From an uncultured Actinomycetota bacterium (GTDB lineage: Bacteria; Actinomycetota; Actinomycetes; JAHEKZ01), in assembly GCA_963829525.1 (NCBI GenBank), contig CAWHIJ010000003.1, forward strand, positions 1,984,001-2,048,000: a DNA stretch of 64,000 bases, read 5' to 3'. Made by a program: the position numbers and the translations under genes. Below the pieces are notes generated by a model. That model was not told the DNA's origin and did no database searches. It saw nothing but the letters and a program-made list of their open reading frames with translations. Positions 29,915-41,493 of the stretch are shown piece by piece (positions within the stretch are counted from its first letter, which is position 1; every line of letters starts with the position of its first letter).

Positions 29915-31132
29915 GTGGTCAGCACTGCCGTCGGCAGCCCGCGCGAGGTCGTTTTTGTCGACGGCGTACGCACCCCGTTCGGCAAAGCTGGCAGCCGCTA
30001 CGCCAACACCCGCGCCGACGACCTCATCGTCAAGGTGATCCGCGAGCTGCTGCGCCGCAATCCCTCGCTCAACCCCGAGCGGATCGACGAGGTCGCCATC
30101 GCGGCGACCACCCAGATCGGTGACCAGGGCCTCACCCTCGGCCGCAGTGCCGGGATTCTGGCTGGTCTCCCCCAGTCGGTGCCCGGCTACTCGATCGACC
30201 GCATGTGTGCCGGCGCCATGACCGCTGTCACAACCCTGAGCGCTGGAATCGCAGCAGGAGCGATCGATGTCGGCCTGGCCGGTGGCGTCGAGCACATGGG
30301 CCGCCACCCGATCGGCGAAGGTATCGACCCCAACCCACGCTTCGTCGCCGAGCGCCTCGTCAATCCCGATGCGCTCGTCATGGGCAAGACGGCCGAGAAC
30401 CTGCACGACCGCTTCCCCGAGCTCACCCGCGAGCGCGCCGACGCGTTCGCCGCCGCCAGCCAGCAGAAGGTGGCCGACGCCTATACCGCAGGCGCCATCC
30501 AGCCAGACCTCGTTCCCGTTGCGGTCTGGGCCGACGGTGGCGGCTGGGACCTGTCATCGACCGACGAGCCACCTCGCCCTGGCACCACATCCCAAACGCT
30601 CGCCGAGCTGCGGACGCCGTTCCGCCCGCACGGGCACGTCACCGCCGGCAACGCCGCTGGGCTCAACGACGGCGCCACCGGGGCGTTGGTAACGTCGGCT
30701 GCCACCGCAGACGAGTTCGGCCTCTCCCCCAAGATGCGGATGGTCGGCTACGCGTTCGCCGGGGTCGATCCGGCGCTCATGGGCGTCGGCCCGATTCCGT
30801 CCACCGAGCGTGCTCTGAGCCGTGCTGGGCTCAGCATCGACGACATCGGTCTGATCGAGATCAACGAGGCGTTCGCCGTGCAGGTGCTCGCCTTTCTCGA
30901 CCACTTCGACATCGCCGACGACGACCCGAAGGTCAACCCTTACGGCGGGGCCATCGCCTTCGGTCACCCACTCGCATCATCCGGGATCCGATTGATGATC
31001 CAACTCGCACGGCAGTTCGCGGAGCGTCCAGACGTCCGCTACGGCATCACGACGATGTGTGTCGGCCTCGGCCAAGGGGGGACCGTCATATGGGAGAACC
31101 CGAACCACGACAGTGAAGGGAGCCGGGCATGA
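29915..31132 (+). CDS. fadA: Acetyl-CoA acyltransferase (thiolase)
   Basis: RTPFG, DRMCAG, NEAFA, GHPLASSG and MCVGLGQG; GGAGG RBS. Confidence 0.93.
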   Translation: MVSTAVGSPREVVFVDGVRTPFGKAGSRYANTRADDLIVKVIRELLRRNPSLNPERIDEVAIAATTQIGDQGLTLGRSAGILAGLPQSVPGYSIDRMCAGAMTAVTTLSAGIAAGAIDVGLAGGVEHMGRHPIGEGIDPNPRFVAERLVNPDALVMGKTAENLHDRFPELTRERADAFAAASQQKVADAYTAGAIQPDLVPVAVWADGGGWDLSSTDEPPRPGTTSQTLAELRTPFRPHGHVTAGNAAGLNDGATGALVTSAATADEFGLSPKMRMVGYAFAGVDPALMGVGPIPSTERALSRAGLSIDDIGLIEINEAFAVQVLAFLDHFDIADDDPKVNPYGGAIAFGHPLASSGIRLMIQLARQFAERPDVRYGITTMCVGLGQGGTVIWENPNHDSEGSRA

Positions 31133-33231
31133 ACAGCACCCCGAGCACCACAACGCTGCCGGACTTTCCTGACGAGGTCGTCACCGAGACGAAGGTCCAC
31201 TACGTCGACCTCCCTGGTGGCGCCGGCAAAGCGGCGCTGCTCACTCTCGACAACGGCCGCGACCACAAGCGCCCCAACACCTTTGGTCCCGCCTCATTGG
31301 CGTCCCTTGAGACCGCGCTCGACGCGGTGGCAGCCCGCGATGATCTTGTGGCTGTGTGCCTCACCGGCAAGCCCTTCATCTTCAGTGTCGGCGCCGACCT
31401 CAGCGTCTTTCGGCAGCTCACTTCCCACGAGCAGGTCCTCGAGATCGGTCGCCTCGGGCACCGCGTCTTCAACAAGCTTGCGACGCTTCCTGTGCCGAGT
31501 TTCGCCTTCATCAACGGCGCATCAATGGGCGGTGGCCTCGAGGTCGCCCTGCACTGCACCTACCGCACCGTGTCCGCCGCGGCCTCAGCCATCGCGCTGC
31601 CGGAAGTTTTCCTCGGGCTCATCCCCGGGTGGGGTGGTACTGCGCTCCTGCCTCGGATAGCTGGTCTGGACAACGCCGTCACCGTCATTGTCGAGAACCC
31701 GCTCAACAACAACCGGATGCTCAAACCGACGCAGGCTCTCGAACTCGGAGTCGCCGATGCGCTTTTTGAGTCCGCCGACTTCCTCGAGCAGTCGCTGGCG
31801 TGGGCGGCGAGTGTCGTCACCGGCGCACAGGCCGTCACGCGACCCGAGCCGACCGACGACGAGTGCGACGCGGCGCTGGCGCGAGCTAAGGCAGTCGTTG
31901 CCGGACGCACGAAGGACGTTCCGCCAGCCCCTCAGCGTGCACTCGCGCTGCTGGCCAACGCACGAACAGCGTGTCTTGCCGACAGCTTCGCCGCCGAGGA
32001 CCAGGCACTCGCCGACCTGACCCTCAGCCCAGAGCTTGCGGCATCCCTCTACGCCTTCGACCTCGTCCAGAAGCGCGCCAAGCGTCCGGTCGGAGTGCCC
32101 GACGTCGACCCGCAGCCGGTCACGTTCGTCGGCGTCATTGGCGCCGGACTCATGGCCAGACAGCTGGGCGTACTCGTGGCGCAACGCATGGGCATCCCCG
32201 TGCACCTGGTCGACGTCGATGACGCCGCCATCCAGCGGGCGCGCGACGCACTGACCGCAGACCTTGAGGGACGTGTCGCCAAGAAACGCCTCCGCCCGGA
32301 CGCCGCCAGCAAGCTGCAGCAGCTGATAACGATCAGCACCGACCGAGCGCCGCTGGCCGATGCTGATCTCGTGATCGAGGCGGTCTTCGAGGATCTGGAC
32401 CTCAAACGCCAGGTCTTTGCCGATCTCGAGCGGGTCGTGCGCCCTGACTGCGTCCTTGCCACCAACACCAGCTCGCTCCCGGTCTCGGCCATGGCTGCAG
32501 GATTGCAGCACCCAGAGCGGGTCGTCGGGCTGCACTTCTTCAACCCGGTTGCCGTCATGCCACTGGTCGAGGTTGTGCGCGCGAAGTCTTCGAGCGACCA
32601 GGCCCTCGCCACAGCATTCGCCGTCACCAAGCAGCTGAAGAAGTCGGGGGTCCTTGTCGTCGACTCCCCCGGCTTCGTCGTCAACCGCGTGCTGATCCGG
32701 CTGCTCTCTGAGGTCATGCGGGCTGTCGACGACGGCACCGACTTCGCCACCGTTGACGCGAGCCTGGACCCCCTCGGCATGCCGATGTCACCGTTCGCCC
32801 TGCTCGAGCTGGTCGGCACCGGAGTCGCCGCTCATGTCGTAGGTGCGATGCACCGCGCCTTTCCCGATCGGTTCGTCGCCTCCCCCACGCTGGATGCGCT
32901 CGCCGCAGGTGGTTATCGAACGGTCTACGACACCGAAGTTGGTGCACCGGCCATCAACTCCGCGGTCGCGGGACTCGTCCCGACCAGCACGACGGCGCCA
33001 TCGGGTGACGAGGTTCGCGACCGCGTCCTTCGAGCACTCGCCGAGGAGATTGGCCTGATGCTCGACGAAGGAGTCGTCAGCGCCGCGGCCGACGTCGACC
33101 TCTGCATGGTGCTCGGCGCTGGCTGGCCTTTCTGGCTCGGTGGCATCACCCCGTATCTCGACCGATCAGGGATCGCCGAGGTAGCCCGCGGCAAGCGGTT
33201 CCACAGTGGGGCTCCAGACGCTACGAGCTGA
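31129..33231 (+). CDS. fadB: Enoyl-CoA hydratase / 3-hydroxyacyl-CoA dehydrogenase multifunctional enzyme
   Basis: GGGLEVAL and PEVFLGLIPGWGG (ECH); GAGLMA, EAVFE, TNTSSL and HFFNP (3HCDH). Confidence 0.93.
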   Translation: MNSTPSTTTLPDFPDEVVTETKVHYVDLPGGAGKAALLTLDNGRDHKRPNTFGPASLASLETALDAVAARDDLVAVCLTGKPFIFSVGADLSVFRQLTSHEQVLEIGRLGHRVFNKLATLPVPSFAFINGASMGGGLEVALHCTYRTVSAAASAIALPEVFLGLIPGWGGTALLPRIAGLDNAVTVIVENPLNNNRMLKPTQALELGVADALFESADFLEQSLAWAASVVTGAQAVTRPEPTDDECDAALARAKAVVAGRTKDVPPAPQRALALLANARTACLADSFAAEDQALADLTLSPELAASLYAFDLVQKRAKRPVGVPDVDPQPVTFVGVIGAGLMARQLGVLVAQRMGIPVHLVDVDDAAIQRARDALTADLEGRVAKKRLRPDAASKLQQLITISTDRAPLADADLVIEAVFEDLDLKRQVFADLERVVRPDCVLATNTSSLPVSAMAAGLQHPERVVGLHFFNPVAVMPLVEVVRAKSSSDQALATAFAVTKQLKKSGVLVVDSPGFVVNRVLIRLLSEVMRAVDDGTDFATVDASLDPLGMPMSPFALLELVGTGVAAHVVGAMHRAFPDRFVASPTLDALAAGGYRTVYDTEVGAPAINSAVAGLVPTSTTAPSGDEVRDRVLRALAEEIGLMLDEGVVSAAADVDLCMVLGAGWPFWLGGITPYLDRSGIAEVARGKRFHSGAPDATS

Positions 33232-34303
33232 CCCCGACCAGTCGCTCATCTGCTGACAGCTCGACCTTGGGCATCACGGTGTCTCCGAGGTCTTCTCGCC
33301 AGGCAGCGACATCACCGTCGCCCAGCGGCACCAGCAGCCACCCGTCGGGTCCGGGCATGGCCTGCTGCCCTGCCGTGGGTGACAGCTCCTCAACGACCTC
33401 GAGGTCGTCCGGTGCACCCACCGCGAGGGCGGTTCGTCCCGTCATGTCAGCCACGACGACCGCAACACCCTCGTCATCAGGTACCAGCCGTGGCGCTCCC
33501 ACCTCCCGCCAGCCAGTGGGAACTTCAACACCGGCTGACGCTCCCGTGACGACATCAACCATTGCCGTCGAACACCCGGAGGTGAGGCAACCGGTGGTCA
33601 CGAGCGCATGGCGGCCTGAGACCTCGCGGACGGCAATCACCCATCCCAGGTCACGGATCTGCTCCTGCAGCTGCGGGTCCCACAGGATCAACCGCCTGGC
33701 CCGAAACCCGCCCCGCACCGCAACCAGGCCATCGGCCGCCGCACCCACCACCTGCAGGTGCGGAGGAATGCTGAACACCTTCGACCGCCAGGTGCCGTAA
33801 GCACTGGCCAGCGCCACGCCGCCAGCAGCGGGAGGGTCGCCATTCACCACGAGCCAGACGGAGGTGCCGGACGCCGGCACCACAAGGTCAGCTTCGCCGA
33901 TCGGGTGTGGCGGTTCGTCCCCGATGAACCCGACGACCGAGTCTGCGAAGTCTTCGTCGTCGGACGGCTGCTGCACGACCACGCCAGTACCGACGACAGC
34001 GGCCTCCCGTACCACGCCAGACTGTCGAAGACGTGTGCTCGCCGCATCCGTGGCCGGCGTCCGTGCACCGCTGTCGACCTCCACCCAGGTGAGTCCCGAC
34101 GGACCGTCGACGAGTAGGCGCAGGCCCGTTGGCGGCGGACCGCTGCCCCAGGGGGCAACCTGGCCGAGCAACACCCCGGCCATCCCGACGACCAGAACGA
34201 CCACCACACCCCATCGCACCCAGCGTGGCGCCGACGGACTCCCAAACGTCCGGCTCAACCGCGACGGGCCGGCGTCCAGCACGTCCGAGTCGGTAAGCGT
34301 CAC
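33221..34303 (-). CDS. Membrane-anchored hypothetical protein, beta-rich extracellular domain
   Basis: SDVLDAGP N-terminus, single TM segment, GCLTSGC; coding-like composition. Confidence 0.65.
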   Translation of the reverse strand: MTLTDSDVLDAGPSRLSRTFGSPSAPRWVRWGVVVVLVVGMAGVLLGQVAPWGSGPPPTGLRLLVDGPSGLTWVEVDSGARTPATDAASTRLRQSGVVREAAVVGTGVVVQQPSDDEDFADSVVGFIGDEPPHPIGEADLVVPASGTSVWLVVNGDPPAAGGVALASAYGTWRSKVFSIPPHLQVVGAAADGLVAVRGGFRARRLILWDPQLQEQIRDLGWVIAVREVSGRHALVTTGCLTSGCSTAMVDVVTGASAGVEVPTGWREVGAPRLVPDDEGVAVVVADMTGRTALAVGAPDDLEVVEELSPTAGQQAMPGPDGWLLVPLGDGDVAAWREDLGDTVMPKVELSADERLVGVSS

Positions 34304-34499
34304 GGGTTCACAGTGGGGGGTCCGATCCAAGTCGGCAACCGCTGGGTCCCCTCAGACTCTGGCCCGCGGAGTCGAGTCTCATGTAGTCGAGACGAACCAG
34401 TGGATGCTTGCCGAGCCAGATCCGGTGTGTCGTGCGTAGCACCTCTCCCTTGTCCACAAAGACCACGAATGTCTCGTGCAGCGGCACGCGCGCTGCCCA

Positions 34500-34644
34500 G
34501 TCGTCACCTTGCCCTCTGACCACGACGTAGGTTCCTTCAGCGCCGAAGGCTCCCGTGAGAGCACCACGACACCCTGGCACCCACATGGCTCTCGGTAGTC
34601 GTGGTTGCACGGGCGGTCACCGTCAGCGGCAGAAGGGTGGCGGC
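34500..34644 (+). ncRNA. Putative structured element resembling an orphan IS110 left-end / bridge-RNA-like sequence
   Basis: Stems CCCTCTG/CAGAAGGG, GACCACGAC/GTCGTGGTT, CCTTC/GAAGG and GCTC/GAGC; core TAGGTTCC..GAAGGCTCCCGTGAGAGCACCACGAC; no transposase follows. Confidence 0.42.
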
Positions 34645-34691
34645 AGCTCCGAGTCTCGGCGGCCGCGGAGCGGAGCGTCTACCGTCGGCAG

Positions 34692-35549
34692 GTGGACTCC
34701 CTTCGCCCTGCACCTGGTCTGGTGCAGACGGTCGCCCTGCGGCGAACGGTGCTGGCTGTCTCGGTGCTCGACAACGTCGACCTCCTACCAGGCGATGTGT
34801 CGGTCACTCTGCAGGGGGACCACCCTGACCTCGCACTCGCCTGGGATGAGATTGCCCTCGCACTCGGCGACAGCGACCCGGACTCAGACATCGCTCGTCG
34901 GCGACTACGGATTTGGGTGAAGCTGCGGGCCGGATTGGCGCGTATTGCAGATCCCGAGACGATGGCCCGACCTGTTGGCCTTCCCATTGGGCACGCCCTA
35001 CACCCAGGGCGAGCGTGGGTTCGCGCCAGCGTTCCCGGAGAGGCCCTCGACCTCGGTCTGGGGCTCCTCGGGTTGCTCGGCGACCCGGACGAAGTCGTGG
35101 TCACCCCACCGACCCTGTTCCATGCAGCGGGAATCGACGCCGATCCGTGGTGGCCCGCTCAGGTCCGCGAGCTCGAGCGCACCGGGAGGCTCGCTGCCGA
35201 ACGCCTGCTGCGCGATGAGACTTCGCCCCTGCGTCCCTTCGGCGATCTCGACGTCCTGACGCTGCTCTGCTCAACTGCCTTCCGCGCCGCGATCTGCGAC
35301 GCCGATCCGGTCGGCTGGCGCACGGCCGCGGTACCGATGCGTACTCGCGGCTGGCTCGACCTCGCGCGGATCGACCCGGCTTTCGCCGCTGCGGCCGCCT
35401 TGGCCACGAACCCGGACGAGCGTGGATTCGACCGAGCGGTGCTCGTGACGCCAGAAGAGGTGGTCATGGTGGGAGCTGGTGGGCGCTCGGCCCGTCACGC
35501 CCTCCAGGATCCGCCGGCGAGCATGGACCCCTGGCTTCGCGGTCGATAG
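34692..35549 (+). CDS. Conserved actinobacterial hypothetical protein
   Basis: Leaderless TACCGT-N6-GTG; PVGLPIGHALHPG, AVPMRTRGWLDL and IDPAF. Confidence 0.7.
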   Translation: MDSLRPAPGLVQTVALRRTVLAVSVLDNVDLLPGDVSVTLQGDHPDLALAWDEIALALGDSDPDSDIARRRLRIWVKLRAGLARIADPETMARPVGLPIGHALHPGRAWVRASVPGEALDLGLGLLGLLGDPDEVVVTPPTLFHAAGIDADPWWPAQVRELERTGRLAAERLLRDETSPLRPFGDLDVLTLLCSTAFRAAICDADPVGWRTAAVPMRTRGWLDLARIDPAFAAAAALATNPDERGFDRAVLVTPEEVVMVGAGGRSARHALQDPPASMDPWLRGR

Positions 35550-35552
35550 ACC

Positions 35553-37490
35553 CTACGGCCGGCGTCGGTCATCGAGGGACGTCGGAGCCTGCGGCTCGGC
35601 ATCCTCGCTGAGGGCAAGCGGTGAGAGCCCACTGACCCGCTCGACGACAGCGCGGGCAACTTGCTGAGCCGTCAGACCAGCTGTGGCCAGCACCTCGGCG
35701 CGTGTCCCGTGGTCGAGGAAACGACGCGGCAGCCCGACAATGTGGACGGGCGTGGCAATCTCGGCATCTTGCAGAGCTTGGCTGAACGTGGCGCCGACGC
35801 CGCCAACGCGCAAGTTGTCCTCGACCGTGACGACAAGCCGGAAGTCCGCAGCCAGCCTCACCAGCTCGGTGCAGATGGGACGTACCCATCGTGGATCGAC
35901 GACCGTGACGCCGATTCCCTGGTCACCGAGACGCTCAGCGACCTCGAGCGCGCATCCGACCATGGAGCCAACGGCCACGATAAGGACGTCCGGTTCCCCG
36001 GACCGATGCAGGACATCGGCACGGCCAACGTGGTCGATGGCCTCGACTTCGGGCGGCAACGCTCCCTTGGCGAAACGCACCAGGGTTGGCCCGTCCGCTA
36101 CGGCAACTGCCTCTGTGAAGAGTTCGCGGAGCCGCCGACCGTCGCGCGGGGCTGCGATCTGCAACCCAGGGACAGTCTGGAAGATCGAAAGGTCCCACAT
36201 ACCGTTGTGGGACGCACCGTCGTCGCCGGTGACGCCAGCGCGATCGAGAACGAAGGTAACCGGCGCCTTGTGCAGGGCGACGTCCATCAAAACCTGGTCG
36301 TAGGCGCGGTTCATGAACGTGGCGTACACCGCAACCACCGGATGCATACCGGCAAAGGCAAGACCGGCAGCCGAGGTGACCGCGTGTTGCTCAGCGATGC
36401 CAACGTCGTAAACGCGCTCGGGGAACGCCTCGGCAAAGGCGCGAAGGCCCACTGGCTGGAGCATCGCGGCAGTGATGGCAACCACGTCGTCACGCTTCTT
36501 CGCAACTTCGACGATCGTGTCAGAGAAGACCCCGGTCCAGGTCGGGCCGGATGCCGTTATCGCGCGTCCGGTCTCAGGGTCGATCACGCCAACCCCGTGG
36601 AAGCGGTCGGCATCATCGTTCTCAGCCGGGGCGTAACCAAGGCCCTTGCGGGTGAGCGCATGCACGATGACTGGCCCGCGGAATGCCTTGGCCCGGCGCA
36701 GCGCGTGTTCGAGCTGGACGACATCGTGGCCGTCGACAGGTCCGACGTACTTGAGGCCGAGGTCTTCGAAGAGCCCTTGCGGGGCGACCATGTCCTTGAG
36801 GCCCTTCTTCATCCCGTGCAGGGTGTCGAAGAGGGGCTGGCCGACGACAGGAGTGCGGCCGAGCATCGTGCGTCCCCAGCCGAGGAACTTCTCGTAGCCT
36901 CGGGTCGTCCGCAGCGTCGCCAGGTGGTGCGCCAGACCACCAATGGTCGGTGCGTACGAGCGCTCGTTGTCGTTGACCACGATGACAACAGGCCGGTCTG
37001 GGGCGGCCGCAAGATTGTTGAGCGCCTCCCAGGCCATGCCCCCGGTAAGGGCGCCGTCGCCGACAACGGCGACGACTGTCCGGCTCAACTCACCCTTCAA
37101 CGCCAAGCCCTTGGCGATGCCATCGGCGTACGACAGGGCCGTGGATGCATGGGAGTTCTCGATGACGTCGTGCTCGGACTCAGCACGTGACGGATACCCC
37201 GAGATTCCGTCGCGCTTGCGCAAGGTGGCGAAGTCCTGGCGGCCGGTAAGCAGCTTGTGGACGTAGGCCTGGTGACCGGTGTCCCAGAGCAGGACGTCAC
37301 GTGGGCTGTCGAAAACCCGGTGAAGGGCGATGGTCAGCTCGACGACACCGAGGTTGGGACCGAGGTGCCCCCCGGTGCGAGAGACGTTCTCGACGAGAAA
37401 GTCACGGATCTCAGCCGCCAGTGGCCCAAGCTCGTCCTGATCGAGCGCCTGCACATCGGCTGGCGCAACGATCTGCGAGAGCAGCGACAT
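35553..37490 (-). CDS. dxs: 1-deoxy-D-xylulose-5-phosphate synthase
   Basis: [25 protein letters not shown]...[11 protein letters not shown] and LDRAG. Confidence 0.97.
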   Translation of the reverse strand: MSLLSQIVAPADVQALDQDELGPLAAEIRDFLVENVSRTGGHLGPNLGVVELTIALHRVFDSPRDVLLWDTGHQAYVHKLLTGRQDFATLRKRDGISGYPSRAESEHDVIENSHASTALSYADGIAKGLALKGELSRTVVAVVGDGALTGGMAWEALNNLAAAPDRPVVIVVNDNERSYAPTIGGLAHHLATLRTTRGYEKFLGWGRTMLGRTPVVGQPLFDTLHGMKKGLKDMVAPQGLFEDLGLKYVGPVDGHDVVQLEHALRRAKAFRGPVIVHALTRKGLGYAPAENDDADRFHGVGVIDPETGRAITASGPTWTGVFSDTIVEVAKKRDDVVAITAAMLQPVGLRAFAEAFPERVYDVGIAEQHAVTSAAGLAFAGMHPVVAVYATFMNRAYDQVLMDVALHKAPVTFVLDRAGVTGDDGASHNGMWDLSIFQTVPGLQIAAPRDGRRLRELFTEAVAVADGPTLVRFAKGALPPEVEAIDHVGRADVLHRSGEPDVLIVAVGSMVGCALEVAERLGDQGIGVTVVDPRWVRPICTELVRLAADFRLVVTVEDNLRVGGVGATFSQALQDAEIATPVHIVGLPRRFLDHGTRAEVLATAGLTAQQVARAVVERVSGLSPLALSEDAEPQAPTSLDDRRRP

Positions 37491-37596
37491 CTGTAGCGCC
37501 CCTCCCGGCCAGGACATGGTGAGGGTCTGCCTCGTTGGCTGACCCAGGCCTTCAGTCTAGGGCTGCGCGTCGACTACGGCGCGCCATCAGCACCGA

Positions 37597-37971
37597 TCAC
37601 ATACGGGGAACGAACGACTCGCCGCGCAGGGCACGGTTGACAAGGTCGACCTCTCGTCGCCTGGCCAGCAGGGCGGCTCCTTCGCGCTCGAGCGCCTGCA
37701 GCATCTCAGCCACAACCTCGGGCGTGGCGTCCTCGCGCAGTTCGGCCCTGGCCCTGGAGTAGGCAGTGCGCGCCGACTGCAGCTGAGCCTCGACCAGGGC
37801 CTGGACCCGCCAGGCCAGCAACCGAGGCTGCCGGGCGTAGAGCGGCTCGGTACGGAAGTCGCCGGGAGCCAGATCGAGCAGGTAGGCGACCGCCCGCGGC
37901 TCCCAGCCCTCGGCACCGGGGGGCGGGACTGACTTAGGCCACCCGGGAGGGGTGCGGATCTGCGCGGTCAC
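37597..37971 (-). CDS. Conserved actinobacterial hypothetical protein
   Basis: PPGWP..VPPPG..GW...AVAYLLD; ends ALRGESFVPRM. Confidence 0.7.
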   Translation of the reverse strand: MTAQIRTPPGWPKSVPPPGAEGWEPRAVAYLLDLAPGDFRTEPLYARQPRLLAWRVQALVEAQLQSARTAYSRARAELREDATPEVVAEMLQALEREGAALLARRREVDLVNRALRGESFVPRM

Positions 37972-38100
37972 GGGCCGAGCCTGGCATGCCCCACCCACAG
38001 CCCGCCGAACCTCCCCCCGCCTGCCACAGAGCCCGCCGAGTGTCCGCGACCGCGGTTGGCCCCTGCGATACTTCTCCTCATGGCGGCTTGGGCAATAGGC

Positions 38101-38529
38101 ATGAAGGCACTCATCAAGTGGGGACCAGTCGTCTTTGCGGCCGGCAAGAAGGCACTGCCCTACCTCAAGGACAACCCGGCCGCGCAGCGGTTCGTCTCGT
38201 CGATGGCCGAGCAGACGGCGGCTCTCCCCGCAAAGCTGAGCACCGAGGGACGCGTGAAACGCAAGATCAACGCTGTGCAGATCTCCTTGGCCGAGGCTGC
38301 TGCGGTCGGCGTCGATCCGCTGGCCTACGCACGGTGGCGTGAAGAGCTCGACGAGATGTCGCGCACGGTCGTCCTGTCACGGGCAGCCGGCCGACCGCAG
38401 CGCCGCCTGCTGCTCAAGAGGTGCGAGCGGCGTCTGGACGCCCTGGTCGCCGAGATCCTCCCCCAGCTCACGCGGCGGCGTCCAGCTCCGCCGCCTGAGC
38501 TGCCGCCTTATTCCCCCCAGTCGCGCTAA
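38101..38529 (+). CDS. Hypothetical protein
   Basis: Helical, protein-like ORF with high GC at third codon positions. Confidence 0.55.
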   Translation: MKALIKWGPVVFAAGKKALPYLKDNPAAQRFVSSMAEQTAALPAKLSTEGRVKRKINAVQISLAEAAAVGVDPLAYARWREELDEMSRTVVLSRAAGRPQRRLLLKRCERRLDALVAEILPQLTRRRPAPPPELPPYSPQSR

Positions 38530-38581
38530 GTCCAGCGCATCCACCCACCGACCTGTGGCGCGCCGTCCATGACGTCAGCTG

Positions 38582-41398
38582 TCAGGGCAGCAGGGATCGA
38601 AGCACGTAGCGCAAGATGCCGCCGTTGCGGTAGTAGTCGGCCTCACCGGGTGTGTCGATCCGAAGGCGCGCATCGAACAAGACCACCGAGCCGTCCGGAC
38701 GGGTGGCGGTCACCGCGACGGTCGCAGGAGTGACGCCGTCGTTGAGCGCGGTGACCCCACTGATGTCGAACCTCTCGTCACCGGCCAGACCGAGAGACGC
38801 CGCGCTCTGCCCGTCGGGGAACTGCAGTGGCAGCACGCCCATTCCGATCAGATTGCTGCGGTGAATACGCTCGTACGACTCGGCGATCACTGCCACGACG
38901 CCGAGCAGCGCCGTACCCTTCGCCGCCCAGTCGCGCGATGAGCCCGACCCGTACTCCTTGCCGGCAAGGACCACGAGCGGGACACCTGCGTCGCGGTAGG
39001 CCTCAGCGGCTTCGTAGATCGGCACGACCGAACGTGACTCGTCGAGAAGGTCTGCGGTGAATCCGCCCTCACGCCCGCCGGCCAATGCGTTACGGAGCCG
39101 GATGTTGGCGAACGTGCCGCGGATCATCACCTCGTGGTTACCGCGGCGCGAGCCGTACGAGTTGAAGTCGCGTGGTGCCACCCCCTGCTCCGCGAGGTAG
39201 CGGCCAGCAGGGCTGTCGACCTTGATGGCTCCGGCCGGTGAGATGTGGTCGGTCGTCACCGAGTCACCGAGCAGCGCCAGTACGCGCGCACCGAAAACGT
39301 CGGCGACCGGGGTGGGTTCCCGCCGCATGCCGTCGAAGTAAGGCGGCTTACGCACGTACGTCGACTCTGGCTGCCAGGCGAACGTGCTTCCGGTCGGTGT
39401 CGGAAGCCCTTTCCAGTGCTCGTCACCGGCGAAGACGTCGGAGTACTCCCTGGTGAAGGTCTCGCTCGCGATCGCACCGTCGATGACCTCTTGGATGAGA
39501 GCGGCCGACGGCCACAGATCGCTCAAGAAAACCGGTCGACCGTGTGTGTCGGTACCGAGCGGCTCACTGGTGATGTCGATATCCATCGATCCGGCGAGTG
39601 CATAGGCGACAACCAGTGGCGGGGACGCCAGGTAGTTCATCTTCACGTCGGGGTTGATGCGCCCCTCAAAGTTGCGATTTCCGGACAGGACCGAAGTCAC
39701 TGCAAGGTCGTGCTCGTTCACCGCGGCCGAAACCTCAGGGATCAACGGCCCCGAGTTTCCGATACACGTGGTGCAGCCGTATCCGACAAGGTTGAATCCG
39801 AGCTTGTCCAGGTAGGGCGTGAGGCCGGCTCGGTCGTAGTAGTCCATGACCACCTTCGACCCGGGGGCGAGCGTTGTCTTGACCCACGGTTTGCGCTGCA
39901 GCCCACGTTCGACGGCTGCCTTGGCAACCAGTGCGGCGGCGATCATCACCGAAGGGTTCGACGTGTTGGTACAGGACGTGATCGCGGCAATCACAACGGC
40001 ACCGTGGTCGAGCTCAAAGCGCGTCCCATCCGCCAGCGCTACTGCAACAGGGCGTCGCGTGCGACCGTCGGCCAGCGCTGTCTCGGGCTGGTGCTCTTGC
40101 CCGTTCGGGGGCAGTGCCGGCACATCCGATGCCGGGAAGGACTCCGCCAGGGACTCGTCTACTGCGGTCACGACGGAGCCCTGCTCGTCGTGCGCAACGT
40201 AGTCGTTCACCGCAGCCCGAAATGCGCGCTTGGCATCGGACAGATTGATGCGGTCCTGCGGCCGCTTGGGGCCGGCGATCGAGGGCACGACGGTACCGAG
40301 ATCGAGCTCGAGGTACTCCGAGTAAGAAGCCTCCTGCGCGCCGTCAGCATCCGGGTCGTGCCAAAGACCCTGCGTCTTGGCGTAGGCCTCGACGAGGGCG
40401 ACCTGCTGCTCGGATCGTCCGGTGAACTGCAGGTACCGGATGGTCTCGGCGTCAATCGGAAAGACGGCAATGGTAGAGCCGTACTCGGGGCTCATGTTGC
40501 CGATCGTGGCGCGGTTGGCCAACGGAACCTCGGCAACGCCCGGCCCGTAGAACTCGACGAACTTTCCGACCACGCCGTGAGCCCGCAGCTGTTCGGTGAT
40601 GGTGAGGACGAGGTCGGTCGCCGTGACGCCGTCTGCAGGCCTACCGTGCAGCTTGAACCCGACCACACCTGGAATGAGCATCGAGACCGACTGGCCGAGC
40701 ATGGCGGCTTCGGCCTCAATGCCGCCAACACCCCAACCGACCACACCGAGGCCGTTGACCATCGTGGTGTGAGAGTCGGTTCCGACCACGGTGTCGGGGT
40801 AGGCGCGGCCATCGTCGACCATGACGACACGAGCGAGGTGTTCGATGTTGACCTGGTGCACGATGCCAGTGCCAGGCGGAACCACCTTGAACTGGTCGAA
40901 GGCGCCCTGTCCCCAGCGCAGAAACTGGTAGCGCTCGCGGTTGCGCTCGTACTCCAGCTCGACGTTGCGGGCGAACGAGTCGGAGCGCCCGAAGACATCG
41001 GCGATGACCGAGTGGTCGATGACGAGCTCAGCAGGCGCCAAGGGGTTGATCAAAGATGGGTCCCCGCCCAGCTCCAGGACGGCCTCACGCATAGTCGCGA
41101 GATCGACGACGGCTGGGACGCCGGTGAAGTCCTGCATGATGACGCGGCCCGGCGTGAACTGAATCTCGGTGTGGGGCTGTTCAGCGGGGTCCCACGAGCC
41201 GATGGACCGGATCTGAGCCTCAGTGACGTTGGCCCCGTCTTCGGTCCGCAGCAGGTTCTCGAGCAACACCCTGAGGCTAAACGGCAACCGCTCTGACCCG
41301 GGCACGGCGTCGACCCGGAAGATCTCGTAGCTCGTATCGCCGACCTGAAGGGTGCTGCGCGACCTGAGACTGTCGGGGTTGCTGAGGGGTGACGGCAC
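38582..41398 (-). CDS. acnA: Aconitate hydratase A
   Basis: [46 protein letters not shown] and [10 protein letters not shown]. Confidence 0.97.
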   Translation of the reverse strand: MPSPLSNPDSLRSRSTLQVGDTSYEIFRVDAVPGSERLPFSLRVLLENLLRTEDGANVTEAQIRSIGSWDPAEQPHTEIQFTPGRVIMQDFTGVPAVVDLATMREAVLELGGDPSLINPLAPAELVIDHSVIADVFGRSDSFARNVELEYERNRERYQFLRWGQGAFDQFKVVPPGTGIVHQVNIEHLARVVMVDDGRAYPDTVVGTDSHTTMVNGLGVVGWGVGGIEAEAAMLGQSVSMLIPGVVGFKLHGRPADGVTATDLVLTITEQLRAHGVVGKFVEFYGPGVAEVPLANRATIGNMSPEYGSTIAVFPIDAETIRYLQFTGRSEQQVALVEAYAKTQGLWHDPDADGAQEASYSEYLELDLGTVVPSIAGPKRPQDRINLSDAKRAFRAAVNDYVAHDEQGSVVTAVDESLAESFPASDVPALPPNGQEHQPETALADGRTRRPVAVALADGTRFELDHGAVVIAAITSCTNTSNPSVMIAAALVAKAAVERGLQRKPWVKTTLAPGSKVVMDYYDRAGLTPYLDKLGFNLVGYGCTTCIGNSGPLIPEVSAAVNEHDLAVTSVLSGNRNFEGRINPDVKMNYLASPPLVVAYALAGSMDIDITSEPLGTDTHGRPVFLSDLWPSAALIQEVIDGAIASETFTREYSDVFAGDEHWKGLPTPTGSTFAWQPESTYVRKPPYFDGMRREPTPVADVFGARVLALLGDSVTTDHISPAGAIKVDSPAGRYLAEQGVAPRDFNSYGSRRGNHEVMIRGTFANIRLRNALAGGREGGFTADLLDESRSVVPIYEAAEAYRDAGVPLVVLAGKEYGSGSSRDWAAKGTALLGVVAVIAESYERIHRSNLIGMGVLPLQFPDGQSAASLGLAGDERFDISGVTALNDGVTPATVAVTATRPDGSVVLFDARLRIDTPGEADYYRNGGILRYVLRSLLP

Positions 41399-41493
41399 CA
41401 GGTGCTCCTCGTCAGGCGGAGGTGGGCAAGGCTTGCGCTCGGTCGTGCAGGGCGGTGCGGGATCGCACAGGAGTTGATCCTGCCCGATGGGAT

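Noticed and set aside
34541-34565. Glycine riboswitch (GCCGAAGG core)
   Set aside because: Lacks the GGAGA and CTCTCAGG elements, and the downstream gene is unrelated.
34308-34610. 100-aa minus-strand ORF
   Set aside because: No RBS or recognisable motif, and it overlaps the structured element; not supported as a gene.
39245-41296. 683-aa + strand ORF, and similar long shadows at 35661-37190, 42908-43972, 71-982 and the 57413-58549 part
   Set aside because: Antisense to clearly identified genes; an expected artefact of high-GC codon bias.
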